Assembly (NCBI GenBank): GCA_947175555.1 | Contig: CAMWNK010000004.1 | Span: 1 to 49,754 of the forward strand | Reading direction: 5' to 3' | Source of the DNA: an uncultured Clostridia bacterium | Lineage (GTDB): Bacteria; Bacillota; Clostridia; Christensenellales; UBA3700 | DNA: 49,754 nucleotides | Shown here: in pieces, positions 7,982 through 17,038 of the stretch | Layout: every line of letters starts with the position of its first letter | Numbering within the stretch: the first letter of the stretch is position 1 | Notes under the pieces: generated by a model | Told to the model about the DNA's origin: nothing | Database searches by the model: none | What the model saw: only the letters and a program-made list of their open reading frames with translations | Translations under genes and position numbers: made by a program

Positions 7982-10036
7982 ATGAATATAAATGAATTGA
8001 CGGATTTGCTTGTTAAATCGGGCGAAATCGGAAGGGAAGACAAATACATTGCTTGGTGGGACGAAAATCCCGAAGGAATGTATAGATATCATCTATTCAA
8101 GCAAGAACAGATAGCGGATATCAAGGCATGCGTTGCGTCGGCTCAGGCGTCCGAACTTACGGCGCCTTGCGGAACGAACAAGTTTACGCTGTTTCATCTG
8201 CTTGTGTGGCACAACTTTTACGATGCAGTCAAAGACATTCTCGAAAGGAAAGTTGTCAATGTCGAAATAACCGACGGCGACGGCAAGGGCATCACTGCGC
8301 TTATGCTCGCGTGCAACGCGGCAAATTTACAGATGGTGAAACTCCTTCTTGATTACGGCGCGAGTGAAAAATCAACGGATGCGGACAAAAGGAACTGTCT
8401 ACACTATTTAACAGGTATACGTATCGGGCTTTATCAGTCTTTTCACAGCAAAGAATGTACATGCGCTCAGCGCACGGCTATAGCAAAACTTCTAAGCTAT
8501 GGCATAAACGATCCCGATAAAGAAAATAAAACGCCGCTTGTGAGCCTGCTTATGGCAACGGATAGAGGTATCTCGTATTCGCTCATAGACGCCTTTATTG
8601 AAAAGGGTGCGGACTGTAGTTTTGTAGACGAGGACGGCGATACGCTTTTACATATAGCAATTAAGAACAGGCATTTCACTTCCGCGCTGCGCTTAGCTGA
8701 TCGCAATAACATAAGCGTTGCCAATAAAGAGGGTAAAACTCCGCTGAAAATTGCCGAAACCAATTATTGCGAAGGATTCTTAATAGCGTTGAAGGATAAA
8801 TGCGCAATCCGCGATGACGCAAATGGGCGGATTAACTTGAGGGAGCTTAAGAATACTGCGTCCAATGCCTTTGCGTACGGTAATGAGATTGATGGACTCG
8901 GTGTCGCGCTTTATCTTGCAAAAATGGTTATTAAATCCGTCGATACGGACGACGATGACGAAGTTGAGTATATTGCGGACATGTTTTTCAATGCGCTTAA
9001 CTCAGACGAAAGCTGTTCTATACTTGATATGTGCGTAGCTTCGAAAATCAGTTTTACGGAAAAATTTACACACCATGGGACGGCGTGGTGTTTAAGGGAT
9101 AAGTGCTTTTCTGTCCGCGCGGGCTTGAAAGCGGTAGAAAAGCTCGCTTCGCTTGGAGTTGATTTGAACAAGCCGATTATTGCAGGCAGAACGCCTGCCA
9201 ATATAATCGCAGGATTGAACAATCCCAACCTTTTCGGCAACGAAAAATTCACTTATTTTGAAGACACGGTCAAATTTTTCACATTGGAAAGTATGACCGC
9301 GCTTGACAACAGTGGAACATCTGCAATGCACATGGCGGCGTTAAAGGGGCATGACCAAATGCTTAAGGCAATGATAGATGCCGGCGCGGATGTGAACGTA
9401 ACGCAAGACGCCCCGTCGGACGCGGGCAATACTCCTTTACATATAGCGTGCTTCAAGTGCGACTTAAATAGCGTCAAGATTCTTATGGAAAACGGGGCGG
9501 ACGATAGTATCTGCAACGTTAACGGCGAAACTCCGGCTCATATGGCATTTAACAAGAATATCAATATTTGCGGGAGCATATACAGTAAAGGCGAATATGA
9601 CGATCTCTCACAAATGCTGTTATGTCTCAAAAATCTCGATGTAGCAAGAAACGACGGCAGAACTGCGTTGATGCAATTGCAATTCCTCAATATTAATCTT
9701 ATTGCCGATGCGCAGAGCGTCTTTCTCAATGCGGGCGTAGATGTGAATAAAAAGGATAATTGGGGCAATACCGCGCTGATTATCGCGACTCAGCAGCATT
9801 GCTATAAAGAAGTTATCAAGCCGCTTGTCCTTGCCGGCGCAGATATAAACGCTGCAAATAATTACGGTCAAACAGCGTTGCACTGTGCATTGAAATACGG
9901 CTCGCAGGATGTTGCTCGCTACTTGATTAAAAAGGGCGCGGATTACAACCGCGCGGATAACGACGGCATGACGCCTATTCAGTTGGCGATAGAAAAAGGT
10001 TATGACGCGGTTTTGGAACTTATGACCGATTTATAA
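7982..10036 (+). CDS. Large ankyrin-repeat protein (684 aa), no signal peptide
   Basis: ANK consensus blocks run throughout (GITALMLACNAANLQMVKLLLDYGA, GDTLLHIAIKN, GNTPLHIACFKCDLNSVKILMENGAD, GQTALHCALKYGSQDVARYLIKKGAD). 15-nt gap after the first ANK gene. Confidence 0.85.
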   Translation: MNINELTDLLVKSGEIGREDKYIAWWDENPEGMYRYHLFKQEQIADIKACVASAQASELTAPCGTNKFTLFHLLVWHNFYDAVKDILERKVVNVEITDGDGKGITALMLACNAANLQMVKLLLDYGASEKSTDADKRNCLHYLTGIRIGLYQSFHSKECTCAQRTAIAKLLSYGINDPDKENKTPLVSLLMATDRGISYSLIDAFIEKGADCSFVDEDGDTLLHIAIKNRHFTSALRLADRNNISVANKEGKTPLKIAETNYCEGFLIALKDKCAIRDDANGRINLRELKNTASNAFAYGNEIDGLGVALYLAKMVIKSVDTDDDDEVEYIADMFFNALNSDESCSILDMCVASKISFTEKFTHHGTAWCLRDKCFSVRAGLKAVEKLASLGVDLNKPIIAGRTPANIIAGLNNPNLFGNEKFTYFEDTVKFFTLESMTALDNSGTSAMHMAALKGHDQMLKAMIDAGADVNVTQDAPSDAGNTPLHIACFKCDLNSVKILMENGADDSICNVNGETPAHMAFNKNINICGSIYSKGEYDDLSQMLLCLKNLDVARNDGRTALMQLQFLNINLIADAQSVFLNAGVDVNKKDNWGNTALIIATQQHCYKEVIKPLVLAGADINAANNYGQTALHCALKYGSQDVARYLIKKGADYNRADNDGMTPIQLAIEKGYDAVLELMTDL

Positions 10037-10112
10037 AGCGGCAATAAGGCTTTCTATCTTTGCTCTTAGGCGGAGCGGGCGTAAGATTTCTATCAAAAAT
10101 ATGTTGATGTAA

Positions 10113-10232
10113 CCTAAGTATGCCCGTTGCGGTTCGCTTGGTTAGCGGTAGATAATTGCATTCGCATAGTAAAGCGATAGCAATTACAATCTGCTATACG
10201 GGCGTAAATACTTAGATTATTATTTTATTTTT
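10113..10232. terminator. About 100-nt imperfect rod-like hairpin with a T-rich tail between convergent genes, probably a bidirectional terminator
   Basis: Stacked helices: ctaagtat/atacttag, gcccgt/acgggc, tagc/gcta, agat/atct, aattgc/gcaatt. Followed by attattattttattttt. Confidence 0.45.
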
Positions 10233-10252
10233 CGTTTACCTTATGTTTTGGG

Positions 10253-11152
10253 CTATTGCTTTGGATAGATAGTATTATCGCCGCTCTTTATGACGGCGTT
10301 GCAAGGGTAGCGGCTGTCTCCGATAATAAGGCTATTGATATTGTCTGCGTAAATTGTGCCTGACTTAGGATTTTTTACGCTGACGATGTTGCCTTTTATC
10401 GTTGCGTTGACGTCGCTGTACTCAAATGAAAGGTCGGTATCTTCCATCGTGCAGTCTATTAGCGTGAGATTGGTGCAGTAGCACAGCGGTTGCGTGCCTT
10501 TTATATGGCAGCGTATAAGGGTAAGGTTGTCCGAGTACCATGCAAGATATTCGCCCTCGAGCACGCTGTCTGTTACGGTAACATTATGCGTGTGCCAAAA
10601 AGCGTCTTTTGTCTTAAGAGTGGAGCGGCTGATTTCCATATCATGAATGTACTGGAATGAATATTTCCCGCTGAAGTCGAGGTCCGCTATTTTCAAATTT
10701 TTACTTTCAAAGAATGCGTATTCGCCGCTTAAGCTGCAATGACTGATTTTTATATCAGAGCAACGCCACCCGAATTCGGGAGAAATTATATTACAACCGT
10801 TAAGGCTAATATCGCGGCACTCGCGAAAAGCCTTGATGCCGTGAAACTTGCAGTTATCGGCTGCAATGTCGTTGCTGTACCACAACGCGGCGCGACAGTT
10901 GGCGGTGAGTTCGCAGTTGCTTAGGTGCAGCCTATCCGTATGCCACATGGGATAGCGTAAATCCATGTAGCAATTATTAAGGTCTATGTCATAGCATTCC
11001 TTAAGCGCGGATTCTCCGTCTTCCTCTCCTGCAAATTTGCAATTACGCACCGTTGTATCGGAAATGCCGTACAGTGCTCGCTCTTGAGGGAACGTTTTGT
11101 TCTCGATAACTATGCTTTTATTGCCAGCTACTTTAAGATTATAAGTATCCAT
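10253..11152 (-). CDS. DUF3737-like right-handed beta-helix protein
   Basis: Repetitive pattern (L/I)-x-(L/I)-x-N/D-C-x-(F/L/M) every ~20-25 aa, plus ESALKE and RYPMWH motifs as in the DUF3737 family. I prefer Met22 (11152) because a TTAACA-17-TATAAT promoter lies inside the longer ORF. The alternative start is 11215. Confidence 0.65.
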   Translation of the reverse strand: MDTYNLKVAGNKSIVIENKTFPQERALYGISDTTVRNCKFAGEEDGESALKECYDIDLNNCYMDLRYPMWHTDRLHLSNCELTANCRAALWYSNDIAADNCKFHGIKAFRECRDISLNGCNIISPEFGWRCSDIKISHCSLSGEYAFFESKNLKIADLDFSGKYSFQYIHDMEISRSTLKTKDAFWHTHNVTVTDSVLEGEYLAWYSDNLTLIRCHIKGTQPLCYCTNLTLIDCTMEDTDLSFEYSDVNATIKGNIVSVKNPKSGTIYADNINSLIIGDSRYPCNAVIKSGDNTIYPKQ

Positions 11153-11158
11153 ACCGAT

Positions 11159-11187
11159 ATTATAACATAATTCTACATTTTTGTTAA
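11159..11187 (-). promoter_or_regulatory. Promoter abutting the DUF3737 start codon (possible leaderless mRNA)
   Basis: Minus strand reads TTAACA-17 nt-TATAAT, with only 6 nt between the -10 element and the ATG at 11152. Confidence 0.45.
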
Positions 11188-11359
11188 CAAAGATAGTATA
11201 ACGAGTCAGCGTCATTTAGTCTCTAAAAAATATATTAATTGAGTTGATTTCATTTGCGATTATAGCGTGAAATATACGGATATTCGGCATGAAAAAAGGA
11301 GCAAGCGATAGTACTTGTTAAAGCGGGCAAATTATGTTAAAATTATTTGAGGTGATAAT

Positions 11360-13006
11360 ATGATTATAGACGTTAAACAATTTTCGATAACGCCCGACAC
11401 GGGTAAAGACATGACGCCCAACTTTATAAAGCTATTTACCTATCTCAAGGGCGTCGAGGGTAAAAAAGAAGTTAAGCTCGAGAAGGGAATATACGACCTT
11501 TATTGCGATGATGCCGTAAAGAAAGTAACTTATATATCCAATACCATTGCCGAAAAAGAAAAGGCTGTACCCGATAGAGTGGTGCCGCTGTATCTTGAAG
11601 GTATAACCGATATGGACTTTGACGGCGCAGACTCCAAGATAATTATTCACGGCAAGTCATCCAATATCTTTATGGAGAGTTGCGAAAGGGTAACCATGCG
11701 CAATTTTATTATAGATAGGGCTCAGCCTGCCGTGTCTCAGATAGAGATTGTAGAGCGCACCAAATCAAGCGCAACGATAAACATACACAAGGATAGCAAG
11801 TACACTGTAAAGAACGGTAAACTTCTGTTTTTAACAGATAATTCTTCATATAATCCTCACCGCGATAAGCTCGTGTGGTGGTACGGAGTGAGCGAGTCGG
11901 CTACTACTCCTATAATCAATCGTACGAGGGTAAATCCTTTTTTAAGGGCTAAAGCGCAGGAGGTTGCCCCCGGGGTGGTAAAGCTGAAATATCTATTCGG
12001 TAATGGCTGTAGAGTCGGACAGTTCTATCATATTCATCCGCGTTACAGAGAAGAGGTAGGCATCTACGGCAACAGATGTAAAGATATCGAGTTTATCAAC
12101 GTGCACGAGCGCTCCAACTATTCGCATGCTTTTATTTTCCAAACTTGCGAAAACATTACCCTTAAGTCCGTATCTTCCGCGCCCGATCCCGAGAGCGGCA
12201 GGATTGCGGCATCGCATACCGATTGCGTGCATTGCTCTATGTGCAAGGGACATATCAGCGTAACGGACAGTCGATTTGAGGGCGCATTCGACGACGTGCT
12301 TAACGTGCACGGATTCCATTTTAAGATAGTAGCAAAAAAGGATGGAATTATAACGGTAAAATTCATGCATCCTCAAGCATACGGATTTATGCCCTTTGAT
12401 ATAGGCGATAAGCTGATTGTCGTCGACTCGAAGAAATTGGTCAGCGAGGGAGAGCTGAGTATCAAGTCTATCAAGGCTATAGACAATTATCGTATACAGC
12501 TTGAAGTAGATGGCGATATCGACAGAGCAAGCGTAGGCAAATACATCGAAGATATCAGCAAATGCGCCGACGTAACATTCAAGGGCAATTACAGTGTAAA
12601 AATTCCTACCAGAGGATTATTGCTTACTACCCGCGGCAAAGTGGTTGTAGAGGATAACGTATTCGACAATATGCAGATGAGCGGTATACTTATTTCTGAC
12701 GATGCTAAGTCTTGGTACGAAAGCGGCGCTGTAAGAGATGTGAGTATCAAGGGCAATAAGTTTATAAAGTGCGGCGGTCAAGCTATATACATTATGCCTG
12801 AGAACTTGTTGTTTGCAGACTACGTACATAAGGGTATCAGCATAGAAAATAACGAATTTATATACGATACTAGCAGAGCTATATATGCTAAAGACAGCTG
12901 CGATATCGTTATAAAGAATAATATTTTCAGACCGAGCGCGCAGTCCAAGCCCACGGCAATGAATAATTGCGCTAACGTAACGATAGAGGATAATACCGTA
13001 ATATAG
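11360..13006 (+). CDS. Cytoplasmic right-handed parallel beta-helix (PbH1) protein, possible glycoside hydrolase (GH110-like, tentative)
   Basis: 548 aa, no signal peptide. The N-terminal segment VKQFSITPDTGKDMTPNFIKLF resembles the pectate-lyase-3 type opener. YISNT and repeated N-x-(F/I)-I/V-x-x beta-helix turns. GAGGTG RBS. Confidence 0.6.
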   Translation: MIIDVKQFSITPDTGKDMTPNFIKLFTYLKGVEGKKEVKLEKGIYDLYCDDAVKKVTYISNTIAEKEKAVPDRVVPLYLEGITDMDFDGADSKIIIHGKSSNIFMESCERVTMRNFIIDRAQPAVSQIEIVERTKSSATINIHKDSKYTVKNGKLLFLTDNSSYNPHRDKLVWWYGVSESATTPIINRTRVNPFLRAKAQEVAPGVVKLKYLFGNGCRVGQFYHIHPRYREEVGIYGNRCKDIEFINVHERSNYSHAFIFQTCENITLKSVSSAPDPESGRIAASHTDCVHCSMCKGHISVTDSRFEGAFDDVLNVHGFHFKIVAKKDGIITVKFMHPQAYGFMPFDIGDKLIVVDSKKLVSEGELSIKSIKAIDNYRIQLEVDGDIDRASVGKYIEDISKCADVTFKGNYSVKIPTRGLLLTTRGKVVVEDNVFDNMQMSGILISDDAKSWYESGAVRDVSIKGNKFIKCGGQAIYIMPENLLFADYVHKGISIENNEFIYDTSRAIYAKDSCDIVIKNNIFRPSAQSKPTAMNNCANVTIEDNTVI

Positions 13007-13012
13007 CCGCTG

Positions 13013-13900
13013 ATGAAAGGTCTGATAATAGTCAACGCATATACTTATATGCCCAATAACGAATATCAGGCGCAAAGAATCAAGCGCGAACTTGAAACAA
13101 GGGGCGTAGAAACGGAAATCATACGCAACGATAGCTTTATCGCGCGTATAGACGGCAGCGGGAATATATCCGCGGTTAGCGGCTACGACTTTGCAGTATA
13201 TCTCGATAAAGATAAGTATATTTCCTCAATGCTCGAGTTATCGGGCTTGAGGTTATTTAATTCTCACGCTTCTATAAGAATATGCGACGACAAAGCCGCT
13301 ACCTATATCGCGCTATCGGGCAGCGGCATAGCCGTCCCGCGCACATTGACGGGACTGCTGTGCTACGATAAGAGCGCGTGCGTAAATCAAACATCATTGG
13401 ACATAGTGGAGAATAGCCTTGGCTATCCGCTTATTATTAAGGAGTGTTACGGCTCTTTAGGCAAGGGCGTTTATAAAGCCGATAGCAGAGAGCAACTTGA
13501 GCAATATGCGGCTAAGCTGATTACCACTCCTCATTTATTCCAGCAGTATATAGAGAGTAGCGCGGGAACAGACATGCGCGTTATAGTCGTAGGCGGCAAG
13601 TGCATTGCCGCTATGCGCCGCGTTTCTAAGTCGGACTTCCGCTCCAATATCGAATTGGGAGGCAGGGGAGAGCCTTATAATCTCAGTGAAAAGACGATAG
13701 AGATATGCGAGCGCGCCGCTTCTATATTGGGACTGGACTACTGCGGTATAGATATGCTTATAGGCAGCAGCGGAGAGCCGGAGATATTGTGCGAGGTCAA
13801 CTCCAACGCATTTTTTACCGCAATAGAGAAGATAACGGGCGTCAATATAGCCGCTGCGTACGCCGAGCATATTGTAAAAGAGATGAACGCGCGCGGATAA
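13013..13900 (+). CDS. RimK-family ATP-grasp ligase
   Basis: 295 aa. Motifs: DDKAATYIAL, YPLIIKECYGSLGKGVY, QQYIESSAGTDMRVIVVGG, RSNIELGG, GIDML ... EVNSNA. Confidence 0.8.
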   Translation: MKGLIIVNAYTYMPNNEYQAQRIKRELETRGVETEIIRNDSFIARIDGSGNISAVSGYDFAVYLDKDKYISSMLELSGLRLFNSHASIRICDDKAATYIALSGSGIAVPRTLTGLLCYDKSACVNQTSLDIVENSLGYPLIIKECYGSLGKGVYKADSREQLEQYAAKLITTPHLFQQYIESSAGTDMRVIVVGGKCIAAMRRVSKSDFRSNIELGGRGEPYNLSEKTIEICERAASILGLDYCGIDMLIGSSGEPEILCEVNSNAFFTAIEKITGVNIAAAYAEHIVKEMNARG

Positions 13901-13998
13901 TTGCGCGGCTTAGTCTAAATTATATGTTTGCAATCGATATAATTTCAAGTGCGCTCATTTATATGAGTATTGATTAATCCCGCTTATTGATATTTTGA

Positions 13999-14931
13999 TT
14001 ATTGAATGTATCTGATATCGTCGCCGTTGATGGTGAATACTTTTGAATACGACTTATTCGTTACTCTCGAGTACGTTCTCTCTCCGTAGCGGTCAAGCAA
14101 AAGGTCTGCGGATAGATTGGAAGTGATAAAAGTAGTCTTGCCCCTCACTATACGAGTGTCTAATACGGAAAAGAGCATCTCTACAGTTACTTTATTGATT
14201 ATGCTTTCACTGCCTAAATCATCTATAAACAAAGCGTCGGATTCTAAGACGTCGCTGATTATGTCGGCTTTGTTTTCTACGGGTGCGGTATGGTACTTGA
14301 GCATAAGATTATTGAACTCAAACGCTGTCATATAGGTAACGAAGTAGCCTCTCTCTATCAATCTGTTGGCGACGGCTGCCGCAACGCATGACTTGCCTGT
14401 GCCGGTAGGTCCGAGTAGCGAGACGACTTTAGTTTGAGAGCGGGGGAAGTTGTCGCAATACTTGCGCATTGCGGCATAAAGTTTGTTTAGATTATCCGAT
14501 TGCGCGCATTGCAGCGACAGCGACTTGTCGTCGTCGAAAGTAAAGTTGGGTACTCCCGTCAGATTGCATGCTCTGCGCACTAGTTCATTGTATAGCTTTA
14601 TTGCGCACGCACAAGTTTTATCGCCCGCCATGCCTGTATCTTTACATGTCTCACAGCTGTATCGGGGAGTGAAGTCCATTCCAATAGATTCAAGCGTATC
14701 GTCATAAACTTTTTTTATGCTATCGTACTCCGATTGCAGAGCGCTACAATCTCGGTTAAAGGCTTTTGCCTTGGCTATTTCGTATGTAAGTTGCCTTAAT
14801 CTATCGTCCGCTGCCGCAAAATCTTTATTTTGCCGTGCAATGGCGTAGGCGGCGGCGGCGTTTGCCTCTGCGTCTTTACGTCTTGCGCTCAGTATGTTAT
14901 TCAGTTGGAGATAAATTCCGCGTCTGTTCAT
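13999..14931 (-). CDS. dnaI: Helicase loader DnaI (AAA+, DnaC/DnaI family)
   Basis: 310 aa. Cys cluster CETCKDTG..KTCAC, Walker A GPTGTGKS, Walker B LFIDDLG. 4-nt overlap with the upstream DnaD-domain gene, as in the B. subtilis dnaB-dnaI arrangement. Confidence 0.8.
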   Translation of the reverse strand: MNRRGIYLQLNNILSARRKDAEANAAAAYAIARQNKDFAAADDRLRQLTYEIAKAKAFNRDCSALQSEYDSIKKVYDDTLESIGMDFTPRYSCETCKDTGMAGDKTCACAIKLYNELVRRACNLTGVPNFTFDDDKSLSLQCAQSDNLNKLYAAMRKYCDNFPRSQTKVVSLLGPTGTGKSCVAAAVANRLIERGYFVTYMTAFEFNNLMLKYHTAPVENKADIISDVLESDALFIDDLGSESIINKVTVEMLFSVLDTRIVRGKTTFITSNLSADLLLDRYGERTYSRVTNKSYSKVFTINGDDIRYIQ

Positions 14932-16376
14932 AGCTCTATATTATCAAAGTCCTCCGTATCTCCGAGGAATGCGTCTAATTCTTGCTTAGTATAATGTCTT
15001 TCGTAACTGCGATCGGGTTGTTTGCTTGGAGTAGCAGATACATATCCGATGCTTTTAGCTTGCTCTAAGGTATTCACGCCTGCGCTCTTCCATTTTGCAA
15101 GCATATTGCCCACATAGCTCATAGCTTGAGCTTTGCCTGCGGACAGCGACGCGGCGTAATTGATTATTTCGTCGCTGAATCCCCAATCTATTGACCAAAC
15201 GGCATATAAATCTCTGTCGTTATTGGTGATATTGCGGCTGCTTCCCGTCGCTTTGATTATAGATGATACAGCCTTGTCTCTGTCGGAGAGGGCGGCGAGA
15301 TGTTCTCTTATCGCGTCTGCGCTCAGGCATCCTTCTTTGAGGTATCTGTTGACAAGGGTATTCATACCTTCGGGGGACTTTGTACCTTTGATAAAGCATT
15401 GCTCGGCTATAAGTATGAGAGCGTCTTTATCAAAGCCCTTTCCCAGCCACGGCGTAACGTACTTTTCTATAAAGTAGTCGTAATTATCGTATCTGCCGCC
15501 CAGTATGCGTACGATTTCTTTTGCCGTATTGATTAGCTTTCTTCTGCTCTCGATATAGGCGTCTATCTCTTCGATGGTGAACAGGCTCATTCTGAAGTAG
15601 CCGTCAAGCGTATCGTCCAGTCTGTTCATGCCACCCTTATTTTTGCACAAAGATGCCGCATGCAAGATTACTTCGTCGCTGAATCCCCAACTGCCTGTCC
15701 ACTTGAGATATAGCTGTCTGTCCTCGAAGTCGGGCAGATTCTTTCTGCCGAGCGCTCGCGATATCTCGCGCAGTATCTCGGTGCACGACTCCGCCTGCTT
15801 TATCTTCTCCTCCGCCTGTTCGGGAGTTCTTATGCCGAGATTGAGCCAATCTCGCGCAACTGCAAGTATATAGTTGCTGCGTATGCCGTCCCCTTTATTG
15901 GCTACGCAATATCCTGCGATGGTGATGAGCGTCTCGTCCTTAATCTTGCTGCTTTCCAAAAATTCGTAATAGCGCTCGTATTCGTTGGGCGTAATCATGC
16001 GGTGAGGAAAAAATGCCTGCATCTGCGCGTTGAAGTCGGTAAAGCGTCCTTGCTTGAACTTATGTATCTTACCGCCTATAGAGGGCAGGTAATTATAGCT
16101 TACTTTAAGAGGGGACGTGGACGTTATCGTTACCAATCCCACGCTGCGCCAATACTCGAATGCGGATACTACCTGACTGTCTTTGATTCCCAGATATTCC
16201 GCCATTGAGGCAGTGTCTGTTATATTCGTGTCGGGCTGCGAAGATACGTACATGCCCATGAGATATACCTTAATCTGTATTTCGTCGGCGTCGGACATAT
16301 AGTCGGTAATAAAAGCGTTGTCTACGGCGCAAAAGCCATTTTTATAGAACTGCGACGACAGCGAACAAAATGCCAT
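14928..16376 (-). CDS. Replication initiation/membrane attachment protein (Bacillus DnaB-type, DnaD-domain protein)
   Basis: 482 aa. Two internal DnaB_2/DnaD-like repeats (YLKWTGSWGFSDEVILHAASLC.. and LYAVWSIDWGFSDEIINYAASLS..). Its position directly upstream of dnaI matches this call. Confidence 0.75.
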   Translation of the reverse strand: MAFCSLSSQFYKNGFCAVDNAFITDYMSDADEIQIKVYLMGMYVSSQPDTNITDTASMAEYLGIKDSQVVSAFEYWRSVGLVTITSTSPLKVSYNYLPSIGGKIHKFKQGRFTDFNAQMQAFFPHRMITPNEYERYYEFLESSKIKDETLITIAGYCVANKGDGIRSNYILAVARDWLNLGIRTPEQAEEKIKQAESCTEILREISRALGRKNLPDFEDRQLYLKWTGSWGFSDEVILHAASLCKNKGGMNRLDDTLDGYFRMSLFTIEEIDAYIESRRKLINTAKEIVRILGGRYDNYDYFIEKYVTPWLGKGFDKDALILIAEQCFIKGTKSPEGMNTLVNRYLKEGCLSADAIREHLAALSDRDKAVSSIIKATGSSRNITNNDRDLYAVWSIDWGFSDEIINYAASLSAGKAQAMSYVGNMLAKWKSAGVNTLEQAKSIGYVSATPSKQPDRSYERHYTKQELDAFLGDTEDFDNIEL

Positions 16377-16593
16377 ATATCCCGCCTCCTTAAATTAAGT
16401 GTAAGTATGAATATGATATCACATACGATTGAATTTTCAAAGTAAAATCGTTTCTTTAATCTCATTAGCCGAAAAGGGAGAGGAAAGAGAAAGCATTGCA
16501 CGTAAATTGCCTACTTGTTTATCGAGCCGAGCGGCGGGTAATCGAGCCTTGTCAATGGAAATGCTTGTATCGGGTATAAATTCGATAACTCAA

Positions 16594-16887
16594 TCAGTCT
16601 TTGCAGTCTTCGAGTATAAACCTGTCGTAGCTGAAACTTTCTACAAAATCGCCTTCGTAAAATCTGCAATTATGAAACCTGACGAAATTAAGAAAGTGAT
16701 TGGGCAACAGTACGGGCGTGGGGATATCCAGCTTATCGCAAATTTCATACAGCCACTGCTGAAAATTATCTTCATTAAGCGGCATGTCGGTGGAGTAAAT
16801 CATATCCCTTTTTACTTTATCTTTTTTCGTTACTTTAGCCCATATCCTCATAGCACTAATTATATTGCGTAAATCGTCATAAGTCAA
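16594..16887 (-). CDS. Hypothetical protein (97 aa)
   Basis: Charged, protein-like composition, and preferred over the overlapping + strand ORF 16429..16872. No family recognised. Confidence 0.4.
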   Translation of the reverse strand: MTYDDLRNIISAMRIWAKVTKKDKVKRDMIYSTDMPLNEDNFQQWLYEICDKLDIPTPVLLPNHFLNFVRFHNCRFYEGDFVESFSYDRFILEDCKD

Positions 16888-16978
16888 TCCAATGTTTACT
16901 TTTAACGCGCGGCATGCTACCTATTGAACAAGTCTTTTTTCGCGGTCAAATGATAACAAAATCCGCTAAAGAATATGA

Positions 16979-17007
16979 TTGACAAAAATAGGCTTTTGAT
17001 ATAAAAT
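16979..17007 (+). promoter_or_regulatory. Candidate rex promoter
   Basis: TTGACA-17 nt-TAAAAT, about 30 nt upstream of the rex ATG. Confidence 0.5.
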
Positions 17008-17038
17008 ATATAAACGACTATTATGCTGTGAGGGAAGT

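Noticed and set aside
11181-11190. TTGTTAACAA palindrome, considered as a second Rex box
   Set aside because: The half-sites abut without the 4-nt spacer of the Rex consensus. It also coincides with the -35 element of the DUF3737 promoter, so it is probably fortuitous.
13999-16376. DnaD-domain plus DnaC/DnaI-like pair, considered as a prophage replication module
   Set aside because: The sizes (482 and 310 aa), the 4-nt overlap and the duplicated DnaB_2 repeats match the chromosomal Bacillus dnaB-dnaI operon. No phage structural, integrase or repressor genes are nearby.
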